55,815 bases of DNA, taken from the IMG/VR virus record IMGVR_UViG_3300033983_000012, positions 1 through 55,815 of that record; one strand, 5' to 3'. A program made the position numbers and the translations under genes. Source of the stretch: a virus. Lineage: Duplodnaviria > Caudoviricetes. Below the pieces are notes generated by a model that searched no databases, was not told the DNA's origin, and saw only the letters and a list, made by a program, of their open reading frames with translations. Shown in pieces: positions 8,151 to 16,663 of the stretch; position 1 is the stretch's first letter, and each line of letters opens with the position of its first letter.

Positions 8151-10823
8151 CTACGCAGCGCCGTTGCTCCGCTGAATGCCGCGGTAGTCGATTGCCGCGG
8201 CGCCGAAATCGTGACGCGCCTTGATCTCGATGCCATCGACATCGAAGCCCTGGCGAGTCTCCATGAACACGCCCTCCTGACCTTCCAGGAACGCGTATTC
8301 CAGCCCGGCCACGTCCGCGGGGTCGGCGAACAGATACCAAGCCGTCGCGCCATAGGTCGCTAAGGCGTCGAGGCGCGGCTCCACGACCGGAACCAGGGAG
8401 CGCACCCACACCGGGACGCCCGCAGTCAGCGCTGTGACCGCCAACTGCATCGGGTAAATGGTCTGCTCGACCGTGGTTTCGAGCGCGGTCCCCGTGACGA
8501 GGTAGCGCGGCGTGAGATTGAGGGGCGTGCCCTGCGGGCCAGTCTGCTGGCGGAAGAGCGTCCGCCCGGTGGCGAGGGACGCCACGGCGAAAGCCGAGGG
8601 AGCGCCTGTCTGGAAGTTCTTGTGGCCAGCGGCGAATAGCGCCACCGAGGTCTTGTCGCCCATATACACCGCAGAGGGGTTGGCCAGCACGATACCCCAG
8701 ACGACATCCGATTCCATTCTGGAGGCCGCCACACCGAGTTCCGCCGGCACGCGCGTGAATGCCTGGAGATCATCGTTGATGATCGTCTTGCGCGTGAGAG
8801 CCACCACCTCGCCATAGGTCGCGAGCGAATAGTTGACGTTTCCGTCCGTCAGAATGGCGCGGTGGTACTCGCCTTTCTCGTTCAGCCTCGGCAGCGCCGC
8901 CAAATCCGAGAGGAAGGCGCGGTTGATCGGCTTGAAATCGGGCGCCGTCACTTGGCGGGCCAGCGGCCGGAAAGTCTGCGGGTACGCCTGGTAAGCCGGG
9001 ACCAGGGTCTTGTTGGCGACGTTGGCCAGGATGTTGGGGAAATCCGAAGTGGATTCGGCGCCGCCGCCCTCGAACAACTCGAACGAGGCGCGCGGAACTT
9101 TGGGGACGAGCGCCTTTGCCGCGATCTCGTTCGGCCCCATGCCGCGGGTCCTGACGCCGCAGACTTCCAGGTACTCCCGCGCCATCTCGATGAGCCGCAA
9201 GCCGCGAAACTGCTTGCCCAGGTCGAGCTGCCGGCGCGTCTCCGCGGACACCTCCGCGCCGCGGGTCGGACCGAAGAAGTCCGCCCGGTGGCGCAGCAAC
9301 AGGGCGGCCGTCATCTGCTGGCCGAACGTTTCCTGCTGATCGCGCGTGATGGAGAGCTCGGTCCTGACATCGACCCGGTGGCCGCCCACCCCGCGGCTCC
9401 CCTGCTTCTCGATTTCCTGGAGAATGCTGGCCCTGGCCGCATCGAGCGTCGTACCGGTGTCGATCAGCCCGTCCAGAAACTCCGTGGTAATGCCGTGCTT
9501 CAGATGCGGAGTCCCGATGGTGCGGATTTCGCTGGCGGCGGTGAACTTGGCTTCCGCCTCCTTCACTGTTGCGCCCGATGCGATCAGCGTGGCCCCGAGT
9601 TTTTGGCATTTGAAGTTGGTTGCCAGCGTGGTGATTTCGGCCACCCGTTGGCGCTCCAACGTCGCTCCCTCGGTGCGCGCCGCATCGAGTACTGCCTGAT
9701 TGTTACGGGCTTCCGCGCCCGTCTGAGTCGTCTCTTCCATGACGGTTCTCTCCTGATTTGGGCTGGTTGCCCGTCGTCCGTCCGCTCCCAACGCGGACAG
9801 AAATTGAGTAGAAAAATCGGCAGGCACCGTGATCGCCGAGACCTCGAAAGGCTCCCAATCGGTAGCCTCGAAGACCGGCGCCTGCTTGCCGCTCGGATGA
9901 GGCGCCATCGTGCCGTTGCCGTTGGCGTCCTTGACCGGCTGCTTGCTGTAGATCCACGTTCCGAAACTGAGATTTCGGATACGCCCGGAGGCGATGCCGG
10001 ACCAGAGTTGGTCTGTGTCCTTGTTCTCGCCTTCGACTCCGAATTGCAGTGTTGCTTTCCCCGCCGCTCCATCGGCCCAGGCTTTGACCACGGAGCCGCG
10101 CTGCGCCTTCGCGCCGGCTTGGTTCGCCACGATGGATTTGAAATCCGTACCCGTCATGTGGCAATCGAAGACCGGGGCGCCGGCGTTCAGGCGCGCCATG
10201 CGGCAGCCCGCCATATTGAGCCGGAGCATGTAATCCGTGTCCGTTTCGGCATCGTAGCGGGGCACGGTCTGTCCGCCGTACCAGACCACATCGACCGTGC
10301 GATTCTTGTCGTCCGCGCTCTGCGGAGCAAAGCTGATCTCATCGTGGGACGCAGAGAAAAGCTCGCCCTGAAAGATCGTCTCTCCGCCGCCTTGCGCGCC
10401 GGCCTTGAGGTCCGGGGCATCCTTGCCCGCGTCCTTGTAGTGCGCCGCAAGGTGCGCATGGACACCTGCCTTGTCTGGGGCCGGAATGTCGAGGCCGCCC
10501 CCGTTCAGCCGCCCCATCGCGGCTGCGCAGCCCGCCATGTTCGCGGCGCCCACCTTGCCGTCCGCAGAGACGTCGTGATGGGGGAGTTTGTAGGCTCCCT
10601 TTGTGGCCGCGTCCTTTGATGGGTCCACCCAGGCGTGCATCGCGCGCAGCGCGTCTTTTGATGGACTGTCGCCCAGGCGCTTCAGGTTCGCCCCGGCATC
10701 CCAGGCGCCGTCTTTATCGACGGCCGTGTGATGGACGCCGATGGCCCCCAATTCCTCCAGCGTCATCCGCGAGACAATCCCGTTAATCTCTGCGCCGGTC
10801 ATGTTCGTGTGCAGTAGTGCCAT
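8151..10823 (-). CDS. Fused prohead protease / scaffold / major capsid protein (HK97 fold) with extra N-terminal domain
   Basis: 890 aa. Protease motifs RLNAGAPVFDCH, IRNLSFG, DWEPFEVSAITVPAD; coiled linker; capsid motifs STSDFPNILANVANK, LTRKTIINDDLQAF, GFDVDGIEIKARHDFGAAAIDYRG. Confidence 0.95.
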   Translation of the reverse strand: MALLHTNMTGAEINGIVSRMTLEELGAIGVHHTAVDKDGAWDAGANLKRLGDSPSKDALRAMHAWVDPSKDAATKGAYKLPHHDVSADGKVGAANMAGCAAAMGRLNGGGLDIPAPDKAGVHAHLAAHYKDAGKDAPDLKAGAQGGGETIFQGELFSASHDEISFAPQSADDKNRTVDVVWYGGQTVPRYDAETDTDYMLRLNMAGCRMARLNAGAPVFDCHMTGTDFKSIVANQAGAKAQRGSVVKAWADGAAGKATLQFGVEGENKDTDQLWSGIASGRIRNLSFGTWIYSKQPVKDANGNGTMAPHPSGKQAPVFEATDWEPFEVSAITVPADFSTQFLSALGADGRRATSPNQERTVMEETTQTGAEARNNQAVLDAARTEGATLERQRVAEITTLATNFKCQKLGATLIASGATVKEAEAKFTAASEIRTIGTPHLKHGITTEFLDGLIDTGTTLDAARASILQEIEKQGSRGVGGHRVDVRTELSITRDQQETFGQQMTAALLLRHRADFFGPTRGAEVSAETRRQLDLGKQFRGLRLIEMAREYLEVCGVRTRGMGPNEIAAKALVPKVPRASFELFEGGGAESTSDFPNILANVANKTLVPAYQAYPQTFRPLARQVTAPDFKPINRAFLSDLAALPRLNEKGEYHRAILTDGNVNYSLATYGEVVALTRKTIINDDLQAFTRVPAELGVAASRMESDVVWGIVLANPSAVYMGDKTSVALFAAGHKNFQTGAPSAFAVASLATGRTLFRQQTGPQGTPLNLTPRYLVTGTALETTVEQTIYPMQLAVTALTAGVPVWVRSLVPVVEPRLDALATYGATAWYLFADPADVAGLEYAFLEGQEGVFMETRQGFDVDGIEIKARHDFGAAAIDYRGIQRSNGAA

Positions 10824-10834
10824 GGCTGCTCCTT

Positions 10835-11314
10835 TCAGGCCTTCACGGCCTCATAGTCTTTCTCGCCGAACTCCGCGAGTTGCCAGTCCTGTTTCTGCAG
10901 CCAGGCGAGGTGGCCCTCGTTTCCGTTGCCGCCGCGGCGATGCCATTTGATGAGGTGCTGGTAGAGGTGAAAGACGTCAATCTCGCCAGCGTCGTAGGCC
11001 TCCTTGCAGAGCACCGAATACCGCGCCACCAGCGCCTGCTCCGCGGCCATCGCGTCTGTTTGGATGGAGGTAACAGTGGCATGCGTGGCTGCCGGTTTCG
11101 GCGCAAACGCGGGCGTGCCATCAAGGAACAACATGGCGCTGGCCAGGTCCTTCGCGTAGTCCTCGCACTGCTCATGCAAGGTCTTCAGGCCATCTGCGAT
11201 GCTCAGCCCGAAGCGCTTCACGTTGCGCTGATCGAGCAGGTATTGCAGCATCAGCGTCATTTCGAGATTGATGGCCTCCTGCAAACCGGCCAGGACCTTC
11301 GGATCACCTTTCAT
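10835..11314 (-). CDS. bfr: Bacterioferritin-like protein (degenerate ferroxidase centre)
   Basis: 159 aa from ATG 11314 (RBS AAGGAG). MKGDPKV...LE...QYLL...FGL...LFLDGTP...AAEQ...EGHLAWL...FGEKDY aligns along its length with bacterioferritin (MKGDTKV...QYFLH...LFLEGLP...EEGHIDWL). Confidence 0.88.
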   Translation of the reverse strand: MKGDPKVLAGLQEAINLEMTLMLQYLLDQRNVKRFGLSIADGLKTLHEQCEDYAKDLASAMLFLDGTPAFAPKPAATHATVTSIQTDAMAAEQALVARYSVLCKEAYDAGEIDVFHLYQHLIKWHRRGGNGNEGHLAWLQKQDWQLAEFGEKDYEAVKA

Positions 11315-11343
11315 TGGTTTAACTCCTTGTTCGGTTGTTACTC

Positions 11344-11457
11344 TCAGCGGCAAGCATGGAGCAACGTTGGATCGTTCCACACAAGCAAACCCGTCACCGC
11401 GCAGGCAAAAACAATCGCCATGATGATCGGCTTATAAGTGCTCCAGAAATCCATCAT
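11344..11457 (-). CDS. 37-aa single-pass membrane peptide
   Basis: MMDFWSTYKPIIMAIVFACAVTGLLVWNDPTLLHACR; starts 14 nt after the portal stop with a purine-rich RBS. Confidence 0.6.
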   Translation of the reverse strand: MMDFWSTYKPIIMAIVFACAVTGLLVWNDPTLLHACR

Positions 11458-11471
11458 CTTTGTCGTCCCTT

Positions 11472-13196
11472 CTACGTGAGATACGTCCTTGTGGCGCTCC
11501 CCCAATCGCGATCGGCGCGCGCCGATGAGCCCGCGACCAGAAGCTCCTTGACCATCGCCAGGTCCTCTTCCGAGAGGGCGGCCAACCCTTGGCTCTGTTT
11601 GCTGCCCGCGACCGCCTTGCTGCTGGGCGTGCGCTCCTCTGTGGCGGCCGGCTGCTCCTGGCCGCGCAGCGTGACGTTGCGCGGATCGCAATCGAGGATG
11701 ATTTCGAACCTGTCCACGAGCTTGTTGAAGAGCGCAATCTGGGCGAGTTGGGCGTTGGGATCGAAGCCATTTTCGAGGACGGCCTCGAACCACGTCTTCC
11801 GGCCCATGCGGACGTCCTTCAGCGCGGCCTCGGCGTCCTTCACCGGATCCACCGATTCGAACCGCGGGGCAGTCCACTGGGTGGCATACAGGTTGAGCTT
11901 CGGATCCTCCACCGCGCGCGCTGGAATCTTGCCCAGGAGGACCAGGAGGTCGATCACGCGGCGCCGCACTGGCATGCAGACCATGGGGATCAGCGTCAAC
12001 CAGCGGTAATTCTCGATGGTATTGCGGAAGCCCAGCATGCCACCGCGCCACGAGGAGAAGTTGACCTTCGACATGTCGCCGGTGCCGAGCTCGTAGGGAA
12101 CACCGAGGCCTGCCATGATCCCTTCAAGTTCGGTGGTCTTGTAATCGCGGTAGCCGCCTGCCGCTTGCGGGGTGTTGAACTTCACATCCTCACCAGGCTT
12201 GAGGTAGGACACCATGCCGGGCTGGAAGCTCTCCACTGGATGACTCGTAAGCGGATCGGTTCCCTTGTATCCCATCCACGATCCCTCGATGCCCTCCGCC
12301 TGCGTAATCATCGCCACCATGCAGGCTTCGATCTTCTTGCGAACCCGTTCCGCATCGCAGTAATCGTCCAGGTCGCGGAGCGCCAGCATGACCGGCGCCA
12401 GCCAGGGCACGCCACGCACCTGGCCTGGCCGGAGCACGCGATAGGCGTGCAGGATTTGGCTGGCCGGCACCGGCTGGCTCACAATGCCGCCGCGCGGATT
12501 GAGAATCAGGACGCCGCCGGGATGATACGTGTAGATCCAGTACGCCACCCGGCGCCCCAATAGATCGAACTGCACGCCCTGCATGACGTGACCGTTGACC
12601 GTTCCCATCGTGCGGAATTGATCGAGGAAATCCGCCTCGAGCAACTGGAGTTGCAGCGGCACGCGCAAATTGTCTTCCGTGAGCCGCGGCCGGAACCGCA
12701 GGACAGCCTCGCCACTCTCAGCCATGGTCCGCATGACCAATGCCTGCATCCCGTAGAAGTCGAGACGTTGCGGCGTGTCGCACTGCTCGACGAAGTAAGC
12801 CCATTCGGTATCGATGGTCTTGTCAATTCCGGCGTCGCCCGTCTTTGCCTGCGGGACGATCCCGGTCCCGACCGCGTTTCCCGCCAACTCCTCGACCGCT
12901 TTAACCGCGTAGGGATTATTGCGGGTCAGTTCGCGGCTCCGGTTGCGAAGCCACACCAGCGATCCCATCAACTCGACGTTGGCGTCCGAGGATGGGGCGT
13001 ACCAGCCATGAGTGCGGCGGCCGGCCGATGCTCCGTCATAGCTGAACCGTTGAGCGTGGCGGTCCATGTACTCCGAGACCAATTGCGCCCTCATGCGCTG
13101 TACGGTCATCGGTTGCGGCACGGACCAGTCGCGGCGCAGGACTGGCAGACGGGAGGCCGCGGGCAATACTTCGGGCGTGAGGGTGTCAGAAGTCAT
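11472..13196 (-). CDS. Portal protein, lambda family
   Basis: LRNRSRELTRNNPYA, LQLQLLEADFLD, RPGQVRGVPWLAPV, NFSSWRGG, VDPVKD motifs. Confidence 0.96.
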   Translation of the reverse strand: MTSDTLTPEVLPAASRLPVLRRDWSVPQPMTVQRMRAQLVSEYMDRHAQRFSYDGASAGRRTHGWYAPSSDANVELMGSLVWLRNRSRELTRNNPYAVKAVEELAGNAVGTGIVPQAKTGDAGIDKTIDTEWAYFVEQCDTPQRLDFYGMQALVMRTMAESGEAVLRFRPRLTEDNLRVPLQLQLLEADFLDQFRTMGTVNGHVMQGVQFDLLGRRVAYWIYTYHPGGVLILNPRGGIVSQPVPASQILHAYRVLRPGQVRGVPWLAPVMLALRDLDDYCDAERVRKKIEACMVAMITQAEGIEGSWMGYKGTDPLTSHPVESFQPGMVSYLKPGEDVKFNTPQAAGGYRDYKTTELEGIMAGLGVPYELGTGDMSKVNFSSWRGGMLGFRNTIENYRWLTLIPMVCMPVRRRVIDLLVLLGKIPARAVEDPKLNLYATQWTAPRFESVDPVKDAEAALKDVRMGRKTWFEAVLENGFDPNAQLAQIALFNKLVDRFEIILDCDPRNVTLRGQEQPAATEERTPSSKAVAGSKQSQGLAALSEEDLAMVKELLVAGSSARADRDWGSATRTYLT

Positions 13197-13431
13197 CGAA
13201 TCGCTTCAATTTGAGGCCGGGTTCGACCACGAAGAAATCCAGGCTGTACTTGGCTCGGATGGGGTTAAGGGCTTCATCCAGGGCGCGGCGTTGATCCTCA
13301 CCGAAATTGAAGTCCACCTCAATCACGTAGAGCTTCGAGGTTGAAGCCGGCCGTGGTTGCCGGATCAGCGCAAAGAGACTCTTGGGACTTTCGCCGAAGA
13401 GGCTTGCCAGTTTGCGGAAAAGATTCCTCAT
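13186..13431 (-). CDS. Hypothetical protein
   Basis: 81 aa, ATGA-coupled to the upstream gene, overlaps the portal start. Confidence 0.65.
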   Translation of the reverse strand: MRNLFRKLASLFGESPKSLFALIRQPRPASTSKLYVIEVDFNFGEDQRRALDEALNPIRAKYSLDFFVVEPGLKLKRFDDF

Positions 13432-13637
13432 ATTTTGTGGCCGTAACGTTCGTCAATAGCTGGCTTCCAATCGGCTCCCTTTACGCGCTCAATGGTTGGC
13501 CGAAGCGACTTCGGGAGGAAGACCTTACCGTAGTTCTTGCATTTCGGGTTGCGACAAGTGAACTCGGCGGTAGCCCTATCTATCACCCAAACACTGTCCC
13601 CGCAATCGCAACGAATGAAACTGGGATCAACGGTCAT
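13428..13637 (-). CDS. Small Zn-ribbon protein
   Basis: CDCG...CRNPKC in 69 aa; starts right after the gpW stop. Confidence 0.65.
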   Translation of the reverse strand: MTVDPSFIRCDCGDSVWVIDRATAEFTCRNPKCKNYGKVFLPKSLRPTIERVKGADWKPAIDERYGHKI

Positions 13638-13898
13638 CTACCAATGCCCCCATCCCGGAAACCCCGGGCCACAGGGGCCATCCCCCCGCCTGGTTTGCCC
13701 CAAAGTGGACTTGCTCGCGTTGCTCCCGCCGTAGGTGCGAATCCCGTCCTCGATATCAGCCTTGGCGAGGCGAAGCTCTTGCATAGTCCTATACGTCACC
13801 TGGCGGCCATCGGGGAACCGCACGCTCAACACTGCGCTGCCGATTGCCGTGTTGATCGCGTCTAGGTTGGCCTGAAGTTGTGCGAGCGAAAGTGCCAT
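13638..13898 (-). CDS. Head-to-tail joining protein, gpW-like
   Basis: LDAINTAIGSAVLSVRFPDGRQVTYRTMQELRLA; between TerL and portal. Confidence 0.88.
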   Translation of the reverse strand: MALSLAQLQANLDAINTAIGSAVLSVRFPDGRQVTYRTMQELRLAKADIEDGIRTYGGSNASKSTLGQTRRGDGPCGPGFPGWGHW

Positions 13899-13901
13899 GG
13901 G

Positions 13902-15932
13902 TTATCCCAGCCAGTTGGTCACGTCGAAGCGGCCGATATACCGCGGCTGCCGCTGTTGCTGCTGCTGTGCTTCCACCGGCTGTGGGGCGGTTTCGGCCGG
14001 CGGCGATGGCGCTGTCGCCTGTTGCTCCTGTGTCCGCAGGGCGGCGTAATCGGGGCCTTTCTTCTGTTGCGTTGACGCTGCCGCCGGCAACGTCTTCACA
14101 TTCAGCAGACTCTCCAGATGCGCCCATTGCGCTTCCCCGAAGCGGTCAATTCCCAACACGAAGGCGCCGGCGCGCGCGTAGTTCGCACAATCGAGCGCTT
14201 CGTGTCTACGGTTCTCGATCGGCTCCCAGTGGTACTTCCGGACGCCGCCCTTTCGGACGCTCAGCCTGAATTCCTCGGAGGTCAACTGCCGGTAGAACTC
14301 TTCGGGGGCATCGATCGGGAAATGGACCCACCCCGCCGGGTACGGATCGCCGGGCGCCGGCCGCTCGCGGTTGAGTTGCGCATACAGCTCCTGCTTCGCC
14401 ATCGAGACGTTGACCGGCCAGAGTTTGCAGCCGTGGGTGATCTTTCGGCCTCGGACTGTGAGATCCACCAGCCTGGGTGGGTCCACCAGCGCCCGGCCAG
14501 TGGGGCGGCCATCCACAGCCAGCACGCGCGAGGAGCCGTGCCGCTTGGAGAAGGCATAGACCTCGTTGCCGGCAAAACCGGAGTCGATGCACATGCGGAC
14601 GATGCTCAACTCGGCACCGGAGGGATGGCGGTAAGTCTGCTGAAGCTTTGCCTCGAGTTGCTCCCACGCGCCCGGCTCAAAGGGCGATTGGTCGATGCGC
14701 CACCAATCCACGAGCCAGCGCTGGCGATTCCTGCCCCATCCCCAAACGTAGCCTTCGAGCCATGTCTTCTGGACATCCGCACCCGCCGTCAGGAATAACA
14801 CGCCGTCGGGAACCTCACCGAGCGAGTAATCTTCTTTGCGGCCCATCAGCTTCTCGTAGTCCGGCGGAGCCTCCCCGGGCTCGCGCCAGGTCTCAGCCAG
14901 GGTGTTGTTGACGAAGACTCGCAACTTTTCTGGGTGACCCTGCGCTGGAATCCAGCCCTCATCGGCGTCAGTCACCACCTTGCCCCAGGCCCAGTCCGGG
15001 GAATAGAGCCGGGAGATTCGGAAGCCGGGATACTTGCCATCCGGGTTCGTCGCGCGCCACTCGCCAGCCCGCAGCATTTCCAGTTTGCGGTGATGGGGGA
15101 TAAGCCCATGGCATCCTGCGCATTGGTATATAGCCGCTTCCGGCTCGATGTACTGGCCGTCGACGTCGCCCCATCGAACGCCAGAATCGGGAGACGGCCT
15201 CCACTCCAATGCCTGCATCTCTCCGCACAGCGGGCAGGGCACGAAGTAGAGCCGCTGGTCGGAGAGTTCGAACGCTGCGGCGATCCGGCTCCGGCCTTCG
15301 GAGGTCGGGGTTGAGCATTTGACGATTTTGCGATTCCAGAACTTCGAAGTGCGCGCGGCGGCCAGTGAAACCGGATCGCCATCGCGGGTGTCTTCGTAGC
15401 CATCGATCTCATCCAACAGCAGGTAGCGCACTGAGCGGCGGCGCAGACCGCGGGAGGATACCGTGCCGGTGAGCGCGATAGACCCGCCGTTGAAGCGCTT
15501 CTGCAGGATGGTGTTGCCCGCATCACGAGATTTCGCCTCGTGGACCTTGCCTCGCAGACACGGCAGGTCGCGCAGCATGGGTGCCACGCGCTCCGCAGAG
15601 AAAGCCTTGGCGTCGGCCTCGTTGGGCTGGACGATCAGGACCGGCCCCGGCTCGGCGTCGATCACGTAGCCGAGCAGGATCATCATGAGGAGCGTCTTCA
15701 TCATCTGGGCGCCACACATCAAACACATAGTTTCCGCCGGGTTCGAAGGACCGAGGACGTCAAGCGGCTCGATCTGGTACGGGTACGGCACAAAATCCCC
15801 GGTCGTACCCGCGTAGTCCGAACTGAGCACGAACTTCTTTCGCGCCCATTCCGAAAGCAGCAGGATCGGCGGCGGAAGTAAGGCATCGGCAAGCGCATCA
15901 CGCAGCCCTTGAAGCGGAGCGGATTCCATCAC
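13902..15932 (-). CDS. terL: Terminase large subunit, lambda GpA family
   Basis: PYQIEP, AQMMKT (Walker A variant), LLLDEID, STPT, FVPCPLCG, LTAGADVQ, MCIDSG, HEALDCANYA. Confidence 0.97.
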   Translation of the reverse strand: MMESAPLQGLRDALADALLPPPILLLSEWARKKFVLSSDYAGTTGDFVPYPYQIEPLDVLGPSNPAETMCLMCGAQMMKTLLMMILLGYVIDAEPGPVLIVQPNEADAKAFSAERVAPMLRDLPCLRGKVHEAKSRDAGNTILQKRFNGGSIALTGTVSSRGLRRRSVRYLLLDEIDGYEDTRDGDPVSLAAARTSKFWNRKIVKCSTPTSEGRSRIAAAFELSDQRLYFVPCPLCGEMQALEWRPSPDSGVRWGDVDGQYIEPEAAIYQCAGCHGLIPHHRKLEMLRAGEWRATNPDGKYPGFRISRLYSPDWAWGKVVTDADEGWIPAQGHPEKLRVFVNNTLAETWREPGEAPPDYEKLMGRKEDYSLGEVPDGVLFLTAGADVQKTWLEGYVWGWGRNRQRWLVDWWRIDQSPFEPGAWEQLEAKLQQTYRHPSGAELSIVRMCIDSGFAGNEVYAFSKRHGSSRVLAVDGRPTGRALVDPPRLVDLTVRGRKITHGCKLWPVNVSMAKQELYAQLNRERPAPGDPYPAGWVHFPIDAPEEFYRQLTSEEFRLSVRKGGVRKYHWEPIENRRHEALDCANYARAGAFVLGIDRFGEAQWAHLESLLNVKTLPAAASTQQKKGPDYAALRTQEQQATAPSPPAETAPQPVEAQQQQQRQPRYIGRFDVTNWLG

Positions 15933-16494
15933 TCAGCACGGTTAGCATCGACCGCGCCTCCTCTTCGATCACGGGCAGCAGTTGCGATCTCCATTCGCTG
16001 GGTAAACGATTGATCACACGGGACGGCAACGCCATTACTCTGTCCCGAATCTCTGAGCCTATTGCGGTCCACTCGGCCTCCACTGCTTCGCGGTCAACCA
16101 AGCTACCTTCCAGCCGCCGCGCTTCGAGCGCCGCTTTCTTCGCCTTCGCGGTCTCATGTACCAGTTGCGCGTGGGCCAACGTACCTACGGCCGGGCCGGT
16201 GTCTGGAATCATGTCCGTCCCCATTCCACCCGATTTCACCCCACCAGGATCACCAGTGAATACCCCGTTTCGCGGCGGGTCGGTTGGTCGCCTGCCGACT
16301 GTCTGCGGCGGCGCTTCGCCACGCGCGGGGGACATTTGGCGGATGTCCAGATTCCGGCCCAGCGCCGCGCGCACCTTGTCCACGTCCCAGCGGCCGTCAG
16401 GCTCCCGGGTGATCTTGCCCTTGCGGCCAAGCTCGTTCACGCGCTGGCGGGAGATGCCGAAGGCGGCTGCGAGTTCGGGGGTGGAGACCGTCAT
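15898..16494 (-). CDS. terS: Terminase small subunit (Nu1-like)
   Basis: N-terminal winged HTH (ELAAAFGISRQRVNELGRKG) and AKAKKAALEARRLEGSLVDREAV; overlaps TerL. Confidence 0.9.
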   Translation of the reverse strand: MTVSTPELAAAFGISRQRVNELGRKGKITREPDGRWDVDKVRAALGRNLDIRQMSPARGEAPPQTVGRRPTDPPRNGVFTGDPGGVKSGGMGTDMIPDTGPAVGTLAHAQLVHETAKAKKAALEARRLEGSLVDREAVEAEWTAIGSEIRDRVMALPSRVINRLPSEWRSQLLPVIEEEARSMLTVLSDGIRSASRAA

Positions 16495-16519
16495 GCGGCA
16501 ACTTGCTTTCAACCCAGGT

Positions 16520-16640
16520 GCGCCATGGGGACTTTCCAGCCATGGTCGTTATGCCATGGAAACCCCTTTTTCAGGGTCCTAACTAGCCCTCCTTCGCAAC
16601 AAATTCACCCGCGCCGGCGCCGGGCCCAGACAGGACCCGC
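16520..16640 (-). promoter_or_regulatory. Putative cos packaging site
   Basis: Non-coding, upstream of TerS. GGGTCCT (lambda cosQ sequence) at 16638-16632, an inverted copy at 16574-16580, and three GCCATGG repeats at 16522, 16539 and 16553. Confidence 0.6.
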
Positions 16641-16663
16641 GAATTCATGCGCCCTCCCTTGCC

